Notes under the pieces: model-generated | What the model saw: only the letters and a program-made list of their open reading frames with translations | Database searches by the model: none | Told to the model about the DNA's origin: nothing | Program-made: the position numbers and the translations under genes | Virus record (IMG/VR): IMGVR_UViG_2788499951_000002 | Location: 93,857-157,856 of that record | Direction: 5' to 3' (one strand) | DNA from: a virus | Lineage: Duplodnaviria > Caudoviricetes | DNA: 64,000 nt | Part shown: positions 1 through 9,697 of the stretch, piece by piece | Layout: every line of letters starts with the position of its first letter | How positions within the stretch are numbered: the first letter of the stretch is position 1

Positions 1-518
1 TGGTCATGGTCAAGCTGTCTGATGGCAGCACAGTACCGGCATCCGGTGGGGTTGTGACTCGCATCCTCGAAGAGGAAGGGGACCGACTGGTCAAGTTCCT
101 CGACAATCTGTACGAGAATCCGTCATACACCGCCATCACTGGCCTGTTCGACTTCCTCGAGGCAACAGACATCCAGATCGACGATGAAGGGTATGTGATT
201 GCGATGAAGGTCATCACCCATGACTATCTCGACAAGCACACACGGACGATGGACAACTCCGTAGGGACGACAGTGAAGATGGATCGCCGTCTGGTCGATG
301 ACAATCCGGATTCACTGTGCAGTTCCGGCCTACATGCATGCAGTGAGTCATACATCGAAGGGTTCCGCAGTGGTAATGATCGACTCGTCAAGGTCCGGAT
401 TCACCCCAAGGACTTCGTCTCTGTCCCGAAGGCTTACACCCGAACCGTCGAGGGCGGAAGTGTGGCATCAAAGGCCCGCGTGTGTGAGTATGTGGTGATC
501 GAAGAAGTCAAAGATTGA
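1..518 (+). CDS. rIIB: rIIB-like protein, C-terminal part (5' truncated by window)
   Basis: FLDNLYENPS...LFDFL and DNSVG...VDDNPDSLCSSGLHAC...VKVRIHPKDFVSVP...KARVCEY are typical of phage rIIB. Confidence 0.8.
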   Translation, partial: VMVKLSDGSTVPASGGVVTRILEEEGDRLVKFLDNLYENPSYTAITGLFDFLEATDIQIDDEGYVIAMKVITHDYLDKHTRTMDNSVGTTVKMDRRLVDDNPDSLCSSGLHACSESYIEGFRSGNDRLVKVRIHPKDFVSVPKAYTRTVEGGSVASKARVCEYVVIEEVKD

Positions 519-532
519 TGTCAATTTGGCAG

Positions 533-560
533 TTGACATGTGCACAATATGTGGTATGAT
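533..560 (+). promoter_or_regulatory. sigma70-type early promoter for nrdA
   Basis: TTGACA-16 bp-TATGAT with TGn extended -10. Confidence 0.6.
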
Positions 561-633
561 GTGTGCCTATGGGGGACTAAATAGTCCCCCATTTTGAGAA
601 AGACATAGCAAAGTTATCCCAACAGGAGAAGTC

Positions 634-3600
634 ATGACAGCACCGATCAAAGTCACCAAGCGTAGCGGCAAGACAGCAGAACTCGACATCGAGCGTATCC
701 ACAAGGTAGTCGAATGGGCATGTGAGGGGATCACCGGTGTTTCCATCTCCGACATCGTCCTCTCAGCCAAACTGAAGTTTTACAACCGTATTCCCACCCG
801 TGAGATTCATTCATCCCTGATCGACACTGCAGAAGAACTCACCACTGTCGACACACCCAACTATGACAAGGTCGCCGCCCGCCTCTATGGCTTCGATCTC
901 CGCAAGCGAGTGTATGGCTCATTTGAGGCACCTGAACGTTACAGCAAGCTGTTCACTTCTCTGATCAAGAAGGGTCTCTATACCAAAGAGTTCGGTGACA
1001 TCCCGAAGGCATTCATCGACCGCCTGTGGGACAAACATGTCAAACAGGATAACGAGTATGAGATCCCGTGTTATGGTCTCAAGCAGCTCGAGAAGAAGTA
1101 CTGTGTGACCAGCCGCACCACAGGAAAGGTACACGAGACGCCCTCAATGGTGTACTTCCGTGCAGCACTGGTTGGGGCCATGCAGCGACATGTGAAGATG
1201 GATTACATGTCTGAGGAGTATCTGAATGCCGTCGAGACGACTTTCAAAGTTTACCTCGACCAGTTCGCAAACGACGCAGAGAACAGTCTTCCGTCCCCGA
1301 TCATGAACGGTGTCGGTACTCCTCTCCGTCAGTACTCCAGCTGTACTGGTATCGATGTGGGTGACTCCATCCCCTCGATCAATGCGGGGTCTGCGTCCAT
1401 CGTGACATACGTGACCCAGCGTGCAGGAATCGGTGCAAACGTGGGGCGGATTCGTGCAATCGGTGAGGACGTTCGTGGTGGGGAGGTTCGCCACACTGGT
1501 CTGGTGCCGTTCATCAAGAAGCTTCAGGGTGATGTTCACTGTGTCTCTCAGGGCGGATACCGCAAGTCAGCCGCAACGATGTTCTTCCCAATCTGGCACT
1601 TCGAGTTCCCCGAACTGGTCGTGCTGAAGGACAACACGCTGGTTGAAGAGACCACGGCTCGCCATCTGGACTATGGCATCACGATCAACGGGTACTTCTA
1701 TGAGAAGCTCCTGAGAGGAGAGGACATCACACTGATCTCTCCGCATCATGAGAATCATCGTCTGTATGAGGCATTCGCACTCGGTAAAGACGAGTTCGCC
1801 GAAGTGTACGAAGAGATGATTGCCAATCCGAAGTACCGCACCCGTCGCTACAGTGCTGCTGAGATCTTCACCCAGATGTTCCTGATGCAGCGCAAGGAAA
1901 CCGGTCGGATCTACTTCGTAAACATTGACCATGCGAATGCTCATGGTGCGTTCGATCCGACAAAGGCTCCGGTTCACTTCAGTAACCTCTGTGTGGCCCC
2001 TGAGACGCTGATCCTGACTGACCAAGGGTATCAGGTCATCTCGGAGCTGGAAGGGCAGGAAGTGGCCGTATGGAACGGTGAGGAGTTCTCCAAGACCACG
2101 GTTCAGAAGACCGGTAAGAACCAGAAGCTGATCACGGTCAAGACTGACAGCGGACAGGAGCTGACGTGTACCGAGTACCACAAGTTCTACCTGAAGGATG
2201 GACGTAAGAAGAAGCCGAAGGAAGTTCGAGCTGCTGAACTGAAGGAAGGTGATATCCTCATCCCATTCGAACTGCCCCTCATCGAGGGATATGAGATGAT
2301 AGAGACACCGTTCGAGAAAGGAAGATCACTGACTGACATCCCGACCGTTCGAGCCAGCAAAGAAGATCGCATCGATTGGTTGAATGGTGCATTCGTCGAA
2401 GCTGGTGAGATCGTAGAAGGTGATGCCCATTACGCGATGCCCCGTGAGATCGCGACAGAAGTACAGCTGATGATCCAGACGCTTGGTATTCATAGTCGTC
2501 TGACCGAATCCGGCCTGATGGTCGAGGGAAGAGAGTTTAAAGAACTCGTTGATCTCGGCGCGAATCCGAAAACTGGATTGATCACCAAGGCTCTGACTCC
2601 GGTCAAAGTCACCGAGGTGGTCGACAACGGTCGGACTGATGACACTTACTGCTTCACCGAAGAGAAGCGCCACATGGGTATGTTCAACGGGCTGCTGACT
2701 GGTCAGTGTTTGGAGATCCTGCTTCCGGCATCCCCGATGCAGTTCTTCAATGATCCGTCTGGTGAGATCTTCCTGTGTACTCTGGCCAACATCAACATGG
2801 GCACTGTGAAGATTGAGGATCTCCAGCGGGTGTGTTACAACACCGTCCGCTATCTGGATGACCTGCTGGACTATCAGGACTATCCGACTGAATCTGCACG
2901 ATTCTGGGCGACCAAGCGACGTGCACTCGGCATTGGTATCAACAACTATGCGTACTGGCTGGCTCGTCAGAGTCTCAAGTACGGGGAGAAAGAAGCCCTC
3001 GAGAAGACCCATGAGTACATGGAGGCGATGCAGTACTGGTTGATTGATGCATCTGCAGAGATCGCCAAGGAGAAAGGACGTTGTGAGCTGTTCGATGATA
3101 CCAAGTATTCACAGGGCATCCTCCCCTGCGACGCTGGGGCATACAAGGAAGATGTTGATACCCTTGGTGACTTCGAACTGAAGATGGACTGGGAAGCACT
3201 TCGTGAGAAGGTCAAGGAGCACGGTATGCGCAACTCTACCCTGAGTGCCATTCCGCCGTCCGAGACTTCCTCTCAGGTGATCAAACATGGTGCCACGAAC
3301 AGTGTAGAACAGGCCCGAGCATTGATCACCCGTCGCTCCAACAAGGATATCTCCGGCAAGACGATGGTGCCTGAACTGACGCGACTCAAGAACAAGTATG
3401 ACCTGCTGTGGGACCATGCATCCCCCGAGGGTTATCTGTTCACCATCGCGGTGATCCAGAAGTGGGTCGATCAGTCAATCAGTGCCAACTTCTCTTACAA
3501 TCCGCGACTCTGGGAGAATGGTGACATCCCGATGAGTCAGATGGTTCGAGATCTCCTGATGGCGTACAAGTATGGCCTAAAGACCGGCTACTACCACAAC

Positions 3601-3690
3601 ACCAACAAGGAATCCGGCATCTCCGAGGACGAGGCTCAGGAGAATCCGGATGACGCAATGGGCTGCGAAGGTGGCGGCTGTGACGTGTAA
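634..3690 (+). CDS. nrdA: class Ia ribonucleotide reductase alpha subunit (ATP cone), intein-containing
   Basis: VTKRSG ATP cone, SPIM..G, SSC, QGG.R, SNL/CLEI active-site motif split by an intein, RRALGIG, LKTGYY, C-terminal CEGGGC. Confidence 0.97.
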   Translation: MTAPIKVTKRSGKTAELDIERIHKVVEWACEGITGVSISDIVLSAKLKFYNRIPTREIHSSLIDTAEELTTVDTPNYDKVAARLYGFDLRKRVYGSFEAPERYSKLFTSLIKKGLYTKEFGDIPKAFIDRLWDKHVKQDNEYEIPCYGLKQLEKKYCVTSRTTGKVHETPSMVYFRAALVGAMQRHVKMDYMSEEYLNAVETTFKVYLDQFANDAENSLPSPIMNGVGTPLRQYSSCTGIDVGDSIPSINAGSASIVTYVTQRAGIGANVGRIRAIGEDVRGGEVRHTGLVPFIKKLQGDVHCVSQGGYRKSAATMFFPIWHFEFPELVVLKDNTLVEETTARHLDYGITINGYFYEKLLRGEDITLISPHHENHRLYEAFALGKDEFAEVYEEMIANPKYRTRRYSAAEIFTQMFLMQRKETGRIYFVNIDHANAHGAFDPTKAPVHFSNLCVAPETLILTDQGYQVISELEGQEVAVWNGEEFSKTTVQKTGKNQKLITVKTDSGQELTCTEYHKFYLKDGRKKKPKEVRAAELKEGDILIPFELPLIEGYEMIETPFEKGRSLTDIPTVRASKEDRIDWLNGAFVEAGEIVEGDAHYAMPREIATEVQLMIQTLGIHSRLTESGLMVEGREFKELVDLGANPKTGLITKALTPVKVTEVVDNGRTDDTYCFTEEKRHMGMFNGLLTGQCLEILLPASPMQFFNDPSGEIFLCTLANINMGTVKIEDLQRVCYNTVRYLDDLLDYQDYPTESARFWATKRRALGIGINNYAYWLARQSLKYGEKEALEKTHEYMEAMQYWLIDASAEIAKEKGRCELFDDTKYSQGILPCDAGAYKEDVDTLGDFELKMDWEALREKVKEHGMRNSTLSAIPPSETSSQVIKHGATNSVEQARALITRRSNKDISGKTMVPELTRLKNKYDLLWDHASPEGYLFTIAVIQKWVDQSISANFSYNPRLWENGDIPMSQMVRDLLMAYKYGLKTGYYHNTNKESGISEDEAQENPDDAMGCEGGGCDV
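1990..2706 (+). mobile_element. intein in NrdA (239 aa), C-terminal Gln, degenerate LAGLIDADG remnant
   Basis: SNL|CVAPETLILTDQG ... TCTEYHKF (block B) ... DDTYCFTE (block F) ... FNGLLTGQ|CLEI; removal restores SNLCLEI. Confidence 0.93.
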
Positions 3691-3724
3691 TAACTAGACC
3701 AGCATTGACAACGACGTAAGTTTT

Positions 3725-3752
3725 GGGAGGGGCCATCGGTCCCTCCTTTCTT
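3725..3752 (+). terminator. intrinsic terminator
   Basis: GGAGGGGCC-ATC-GGTCCCTCC followed by TTTCTT. Confidence 0.6.
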
Positions 3753-3778
3753 CTGTAACGACCAAGGAAACGATTTAA

Positions 3779-4855
3779 ATGAAACTCAAAACATTCCCTA
3801 CCCAGACCAAATCACACACAGAAAAAGAGATGTTCTTCGATGACGGCGTGGATGTTGCACGCTATGATGTTGTGAAGTATCCGGTATTCTCCCGCCTCTC
3901 CAAGGAGCAGTTCGGCTTCACATGGGGGCCGGAAGAGATCTCACTGGCAGCGGATGTTGTCAACTTCCGAAAGTTCGATGCGGCAAAGGAACACATCTTC
4001 ACTGCAAACCTCAAGCGCCAAATCCTGCTGGATTCCATCCAAGGTCGTGGCCCTCTGGAAGCCCTGCTCCCGATCTGCTCACTCCCTGAGCTTGAGAACT
4101 GGTTCATTCGCTGGTCTGCTTCCGAGGTTGTTCACAGTGAGACCTATGTGTACATGATCCGTGCATTGTACACAAACCCGAGTTACGTTTTCGACAACCT
4201 GAGGTCCATCCCCGAGATTGAGGAGTGTGCAGCCTCCATCACCCCGTACTACGACAATCTGATTCACTTCGATGGTGAATATGGCAGCAAGGCTCACCGC
4301 AAGGCATTGTGGATGTGTCTGAATGCCATCAACGCACTCGAGGCGGTTCGATTCTATGTCTCATTCGCATGCACCTATGCGTTCGGGAAGGCGGGTCTTC
4401 TGACTGGTTGTGCGGACGAGATCCGCCTGATCAATCAGGATGAAGATCTTCACCGTAAGGGCACCACCGAGATGATCAAGCATCTCCTCAAGGAGAACCC
4501 GATCTACACCGAGATCCGTGATGAGTGTGAAGAAGAAGTCACCCAGATGTTCGTTGATGTGATTGAACAGGAATGTGCATGGGCTGACTATCTGTTCAAG
4601 GAAGGCTCCATGCTGGGCTTGACAGCTCCGCTACTGAAGGAGTATGTTCGCTGGGTAGGAACCAAGCGTATGCGTGGTGTTGGTCTGAAGTCCCCGTACA
4701 AGATCAGCCAGCACAATCCTCTGCCTTGGGTTGATGAGTACGTCAACGAGGCGAACTCCCAGAAGTCCCCTCAGGAAGAAGGACTGACTTCATACGAGAA
4801 AGGCCGTGTCGTGCAGGACTTCGACACCAGCAACTTTGCAGATTTTTCACTCTAA
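3779..4855 (+). CDS. nrdB: ribonucleotide reductase class Ia beta subunit
   Basis: W.PEEI, LLDSIQG, EVVHSETY (radical Tyr), LEAVRFYVSFAC, DEDLH diiron ligands. Confidence 0.97.
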   Translation: MKLKTFPTQTKSHTEKEMFFDDGVDVARYDVVKYPVFSRLSKEQFGFTWGPEEISLAADVVNFRKFDAAKEHIFTANLKRQILLDSIQGRGPLEALLPICSLPELENWFIRWSASEVVHSETYVYMIRALYTNPSYVFDNLRSIPEIEECAASITPYYDNLIHFDGEYGSKAHRKALWMCLNAINALEAVRFYVSFACTYAFGKAGLLTGCADEIRLINQDEDLHRKGTTEMIKHLLKENPIYTEIRDECEEEVTQMFVDVIEQECAWADYLFKEGSMLGLTAPLLKEYVRWVGTKRMRGVGLKSPYKISQHNPLPWVDEYVNEANSQKSPQEEGLTSYEKGRVVQDFDTSNFADFSL

Positions 4856-4865
4856 GGAGAAGCAT

Positions 4866-5177
4866 ATGAAATTCGTGATCTATGGTCGTACTGTCCCCAA
4901 CTGCATCTACTGTGACAAGGCGAAAGAAACTCTCGATTCGATCCAGTATGCAGAATACACATTCATCGACGTGACTGCTGATCCTCGACTGTTGGACTGG
5001 TTCAAGGAAGTCGATACTCGTCATACAACATTCCCTCAGGTCTATGTCGAAGATGAGAAGACCGGCACCCTCCGATATGTGGGTGGGTACACCGAGCTGA
5101 GTGGTTTCCTCGAAGAGAACCGAGCGGCTATGGCGGAAGCGGCCATGTCAGCCATCCCAGACGGGTTCACCCTGTAA
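4866..5177 (+). CDS. glutaredoxin (NrdC-like)
   Basis: CIYC, TFPQV, YVGGYTEL; AGGAG RBS before ATG 4866; follows nrdAB. Confidence 0.9.
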   Translation: MKFVIYGRTVPNCIYCDKAKETLDSIQYAEYTFIDVTADPRLLDWFKEVDTRHTTFPQVYVEDEKTGTLRYVGGYTELSGFLEENRAAMAEAAMSAIPDGFTL

Positions 5178-5185
5178 GACATTCA

Positions 5186-5224
5186 ATCCCTCGACTTGAC
5201 GGTCGGGGGATTTTTGTTTATAGT
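5186..5224 (+). promoter_or_regulatory. terminator hairpin overlapping a sigma70 promoter
   Basis: AATCCCTCGAC-TTGACG-GTCGGGGGATTTTT; TTGACG(5196)-17 bp-TATAGT(5219). Confidence 0.7.
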
Positions 5225-5251
5225 GTGCGAAACAAACTGATAGGAGACATC

Positions 5252-6502
5252 ATGACAAAGTCAAAATCCCCCATCGCCGTTCGGGACTTGCTGTCCCCAG
5301 TGGCACACAAGAAACTGCGAGCAACGATGAGTTCTGCAGACCGCAAGGAGTTGGAAGGATTCTTTCATCGCGCACAGTTGATGAAAGGCCGTATGGTGGG
5401 ATTCTCACTCGTACCTCTCATGCTGCCGAGACGGCACCTGCAGACAGTCGCTCCCATCAGTGGGGAGGTTGAGGACAGGATCACGACCGGTCACTACAGC
5501 ATCGATACACACATTCGCTCGACTGACATCGCGTCCGGCGTCATCCCCTCGGTCAAAACGCTCCTTGGTCCACTCAAGGATGAGGTCTTGATGCCCGAGG
5601 ACGGATTCATTGATACCTCCAATCTGAGCGGTGTGGGTCAGGGTGATCCGATGGTGTGCATCAGTGAGAAGTCATTCATGAATGCGGTAAGTTGGATGAC
5701 AGAGCACTACTCCCTAGTCGATTCGATTGAGGACTGCCGGTTGGTCATGATCGATGACATTTCGTCTATGGGCCTCACCAGCCGTCCGTATGAATTCTTG
5801 GCGATGATGGGGTTCTTTCCGATTGGAGGAGTCACATCCCAATACTACCTGTTTGACGGCGTGGAATACCATAACTCGTGCGTCCGGAACGGTAATGTCC
5901 CAATGACGTCATCGAAAGACCCTTACGCGTTTCTGGATGCAGATGATCCTTGGAACCAGCTCAAATCCGCGAAGATGTTTGGACATCTCAACTGCTGGAA
6001 CGGGGTACTCACTCTCGACCTTCCAGTGTTCTTCTTGGTCCCCAAAGATCTGTATGACTGGGATGAGGATGAACTGACTGGACAGATCATGGAATCGATG
6101 CTGAATGTCCCTGCTCGGGCTGCGGTGGATAGAATTGCTTCCAAGACTGCCTATGAGTTGACTCACAATATCAAGTCCATCCTCGATAAGAAGAATGAGC
6201 CTGTACTGAACGCATTAGCACGGGAGATTCGTGACCTCGATATGAAATTGAGTGCGTTGAAGTTCACTCTGGAGCGAGTTCAGGAATCCATCAATGATGA
6301 ACTGAGTGAATTGACAGACGTCGACGTCAAAGTTGCACAGGCGGATGCACTGCTCGCGGTGGAGGAGGAATCCTTAGACTTCATGACGCCGTTTCATACT
6401 CGTTACCTTCTGGCAAAGGCGGCATCGCTGGAGGCTCCGAACTATGAGCACTCACTGATCAAACTCAACTACACCATCAATGGGAATTCCTCAAATGACT
6501 AA
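5252..6502 (+). CDS. hypothetical protein with C-terminal coiled coil
   Basis: long ORF, AGGAG RBS before ATG 5252. Confidence 0.75.
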   Translation: MTKSKSPIAVRDLLSPVAHKKLRATMSSADRKELEGFFHRAQLMKGRMVGFSLVPLMLPRRHLQTVAPISGEVEDRITTGHYSIDTHIRSTDIASGVIPSVKTLLGPLKDEVLMPEDGFIDTSNLSGVGQGDPMVCISEKSFMNAVSWMTEHYSLVDSIEDCRLVMIDDISSMGLTSRPYEFLAMMGFFPIGGVTSQYYLFDGVEYHNSCVRNGNVPMTSSKDPYAFLDADDPWNQLKSAKMFGHLNCWNGVLTLDLPVFFLVPKDLYDWDEDELTGQIMESMLNVPARAAVDRIASKTAYELTHNIKSILDKKNEPVLNALAREIRDLDMKLSALKFTLERVQESINDELSELTDVDVKVAQADALLAVEEESLDFMTPFHTRYLLAKAASLEAPNYEHSLIKLNYTINGNSSND

Positions 6503-6722
6503 CGGAAGATATGTGCGTTCGGTGATTCTCTTCATCGTGGACGAAATTCTCAAGGCACCTGAGATGTCGGTGTATTCGAAGAAGAAGCGCATCCACGACG
6601 CACTGATGAGCCATGATGTCATTGAGCGGAATGACGACGGAACTCCTATCGTTGAACTTGGTGATGTTGAATTAACGAAAGAATGGGTAGAGAGCATCAT
6701 TGCGTTGAGCACACTGGAATAA
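6495..6722 (+). CDS. hypothetical protein
   Basis: ORF in operon context. Confidence 0.6.
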   Translation: MTNGRYVRSVILFIVDEILKAPEMSVYSKKKRIHDALMSHDVIERNDDGTPIVELGDVELTKEWVESIIALSTLE

Positions 6723-6753
6723 GTAGTACCCAGACTAGGAGGAGACGCGTCCG

Positions 6754-7398
6754 ATGACAGCAAAGAAACAACACCAAGAGGCGCTAGGTAAGGGATACCT
6801 AGTAATCCCGAAAGACCCAAAGGCAGCGAGAGTCTTGGATGACAGACGCCGCTATGTGAGAGGAGGAGCATTGATCTTCTATGGCGACATGGAGAAGATC
6901 AGGCAGCTGTGTGAGATCAGATATGATTCATGGGTGGCCCCCTCCAATATGCCCCAGACGAAGGACGGCATAGATGGGGAGACCATTCACATCGATTCTG
7001 GTTTGAGTCGTGCAATCTCAACGACCGTCCGCCTTAGCACCTACGAACTCTACATCGAGTCCAAGACTGAGCAACACGTCGTCCTGACGCATGCTCCCGT
7101 TCTCGGGTTCGTTGAGGTGTCGAAGAAAGTGACTGATTTCCTGAAGGAGAAGACAATCACCACCGATTGTGACTTCGGCCAGACACTAGTTGAGTGGTGG
7201 GAGTTCTGGAAGTCTCCGGTTTGTATGGCCCGTGACAGGACATACATCGGGAAGACTTCAATTGAAAAGCAGGCGAGATACAAGCGACATGAGGTAGACT
7301 GGTTCAATATCGACAATCCACTTGAATTCAATTCTGCGATCTGTCGGCTTTGGACTGAGCCTCGTCTGGACGATGGAACATCTCAGAGAGCAGCATGA
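6754..7398 (+). CDS. hypothetical protein
   Basis: ORF with GGAGG RBS. Confidence 0.7.
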   Translation: MTAKKQHQEALGKGYLVIPKDPKAARVLDDRRRYVRGGALIFYGDMEKIRQLCEIRYDSWVAPSNMPQTKDGIDGETIHIDSGLSRAISTTVRLSTYELYIESKTEQHVVLTHAPVLGFVEVSKKVTDFLKEKTITTDCDFGQTLVEWWEFWKSPVCMARDRTYIGKTSIEKQARYKRHEVDWFNIDNPLEFNSAICRLWTEPRLDDGTSQRAA

Positions 7399-7400
7399 CG

Positions 7401-7437
7401 AACGGGGGTTGACATCAGTCAGCCCCCGTTTTATATT
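7401..7437 (+). promoter_or_regulatory. terminator hairpin overlapping a sigma70 promoter
   Basis: AACGGGGGTTGAC-ATCA-GTCAGCCCCCGTT-TT; TTGACA(7409)-17 bp-TATATT. Confidence 0.65.
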
Positions 7438-7460
7438 GTTCATACAGAAAGGAGAAACAC

Positions 7461-7676
7461 ATGGCATACTATAGCTGGAAAGAACTCAGAGACGTGTTAA
7501 TGTCTTGTGGTAAATTGGATCAATTTGGTGAACCAATCGACAAAGATGCCCACGGAGACTTACTCGAGTGCGATTATGATGGAAACATCCATGAGATCGC
7601 AGCGGATACCATCCGTGGACTCGTCGAAGAGAACAAGGAACTCAAGGCCAAACTCACTCAGGAACAATCAAAATGA
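7461..7676 (+). CDS. hypothetical protein
   Basis: ORF with AGGAG RBS. Confidence 0.65.
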   Translation: MAYYSWKELRDVLMSCGKLDQFGEPIDKDAHGDLLECDYDGNIHEIAADTIRGLVEENKELKAKLTQEQSK

Positions 7677-8200
7677 CAACCTGTATCGTTGATTTCGACA
7701 CGAAGACTATATACACCGATGACCTTCAGACTCGGTACCATAAGGAGGTAACGACCTCCTCATTTGGATTCAAGAAGGTGAGTCGTGATGTCGGCCTTGG
7801 GTTCGCCCCCACCGAGAAGATCCGAATGACAGCCAATGGGTGCACTGTCGTCGCTGCTGGGTGCGCCACCACTCTCGACGAGTTCGCCCGAGGGTATCCC
7901 AACAAGATACCCAAAGCACCCAAATCAAACACCACCATCCTCGTCTGTCAGGTTGTTGGTGACACGTTCAGAGTGATTTCATACCAAAGTCGCGTCGGAG
8001 TATTCCGCAACCGCTGGGAGATCGACGTGATCAGCCCCCTGAAACGCCATATCGCAATTGGCTCTGGATCTGAGTATGCTGCTGGTGCACTGGCTGCTGG
8101 TGCAACTCCTGAGAACGCCATCATCGCAGCCAGTAAGCTTGATCACTATACCAGTGCGAACGTGACAGGTTACAAAGTCGTTGATCCACGGACAGTGTGA
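7673..8200 (+). CDS. Ntn-hydrolase, HslV/proteasome-beta-like peptidase
   Basis: N-terminal M-T-T-C nucleophile; AIGSGSEYA.GAL..GA....AI..ASKLD.YT. Confidence 0.75.
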   Translation: MTTCIVDFDTKTIYTDDLQTRYHKEVTTSSFGFKKVSRDVGLGFAPTEKIRMTANGCTVVAAGCATTLDEFARGYPNKIPKAPKSNTTILVCQVVGDTFRVISYQSRVGVFRNRWEIDVISPLKRHIAIGSGSEYAAGALAAGATPENAIIAASKLDHYTSANVTGYKVVDPRTV

Positions 8201-8379
8201 TGTGGAAGAGAATCAAGGCATTCCTGAAACGCCGTAAGGACAGGAACCAGAAGGCCCGATTTCGCGGTAAGGTCGGGCCTTCTGGTGATGTGACGTTCAA
8301 TGGTGGTGGTCTCAATATCACCAAGTCTGACATAGAAGAAATCAAGAGACTCAGGAGGGAGTCCATCGATGAAAGATAA
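8197..8379 (+). CDS. hypothetical protein
   Basis: small ORF overlapping neighbours at both ends. Confidence 0.5.
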   Translation: MMWKRIKAFLKRRKDRNQKARFRGKVGPSGDVTFNGGGLNITKSDIEEIKRLRRESIDER

Positions 8380-8785
8380 GATGAAATTGGCGTACATGAA
8401 GACGGCAGAGGTGTTCGCAGAATGCTCTCCTGCGGTTCGTCTTCAAGTGGGCGCAGTACTGGTCAAGAACAATCGAATCATCTCATGTGGATATAATGCA
8501 CTCCCAGCTCATCTGGATGGTTCATGTGAAATCGAGAATGAGGATGGGTCACTGACGACCCGACATGAGGTGATCCATGCCGAGGACAACACCCTGCGAG
8601 GATTGATTCAATCCAATGAATCATCACAGGGTTCAATCATCTTTATCACCCATGCCCCATGTGAGAATTGTGCCAGTCTGATTGTCCAAAGTGGCATCAT
8701 CAAGGTTTTCTACCGCCATATCTACCGATGTGACCGAGGGCTTGAATACCTCAGACAGTATGGCATCGAAGTCGAAAAAATCTGA
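8369..8785 (+). CDS. cd: dCMP deaminase
   Basis: VGAVLV, GYN, HAE, THAPCENC zinc motif. Confidence 0.93.
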   Translation: MKDKMKLAYMKTAEVFAECSPAVRLQVGAVLVKNNRIISCGYNALPAHLDGSCEIENEDGSLTTRHEVIHAEDNTLRGLIQSNESSQGSIIFITHAPCENCASLIVQSGIIKVFYRHIYRCDRGLEYLRQYGIEVEKI

Positions 8786-8851
8786 AGAAAGTGGTTGCAA
8801 GTTTGGTAAGTCGGCGGTAGAATGATCACATCAACTCAAAGAGGAGACGCA

Positions 8852-9574
8852 ATGAACATCAAACGACTACAGGGCATCCTGTCCACACTGGATGCTGTCG
8901 GGATCGGATCTCTGATCTTCGCCCCAGAGGGGGACGGGTGCCGCATCCGTGGCATCGACAAGGATCATCAGGTTCTGATCTTCCACTATCTGGATGAACC
9001 TCTCGTCGAGAAACCGATGGCTATCCAGACTGTCAAAGGTCTGCTGACTCGTCTGAATCTCTTCGATATCGACAAGGCGTCTGTCAATATCGAGTATAAT
9101 GACAAGATGGCCACCTCGCTGCAGATCAAGATGGGCCGCAAGAAAGCGGGATTCACATTCGTCCGTCCGGAGTCACTGCCGGTCCCTCAGGTGATCCCGA
9201 TGTCGGAAGAGACGATTGATCCGATTCTTCTCTCCGAGGAGTACGTAGAGCACCTGTCGTCTGTCATCTCTGCCATGGCATATACGGGTGACAAGAAGGA
9301 ACGTTACCTCAGTATCGAGGTCAACGATGATCGAGAATGCACTCTGAGTGTGTTTGACGGTGAGGATGATTCCTATGTGGATGAGATCCTCAATGCGGGG
9401 TCTCATGAACCGATTCGTTGCAGCTGGGATGTCCCAGCCTTCAATCTGGTCATGAAGAACTCCATGAAGATGGATGAAGAGAAGATCGCCCGACTGACTA
9501 TCTCTGAGTATGGAGTGGCCACTTTCTCTCTGGGTGACATGGTCGCGATGGTCTCACCTCTCTCAACATCGTAA
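8852..9574 (+). CDS. putative DNA sliding clamp (gp45/PCNA-like)
   Basis: about 240 aa, acidic alpha/beta pattern, directly upstream of the SSB; inference from context and size. Confidence 0.45.
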   Translation: MNIKRLQGILSTLDAVGIGSLIFAPEGDGCRIRGIDKDHQVLIFHYLDEPLVEKPMAIQTVKGLLTRLNLFDIDKASVNIEYNDKMATSLQIKMGRKKAGFTFVRPESLPVPQVIPMSEETIDPILLSEEYVEHLSSVISAMAYTGDKKERYLSIEVNDDRECTLSVFDGEDDSYVDEILNAGSHEPIRCSWDVPAFNLVMKNSMKMDEEKIARLTISEYGVATFSLGDMVAMVSPLSTS

Positions 9575-9697
9575 GAAACTTTCGAAAGAAAGTGTTGTAA
9601 ATAGGCCACCATCATTGTAGAATGCTCTGGTGGTCAACGAAGCAAAAACCACACTGAAATCAGTAACTACCAATCGAAACTCGAGGATTAAACGATT

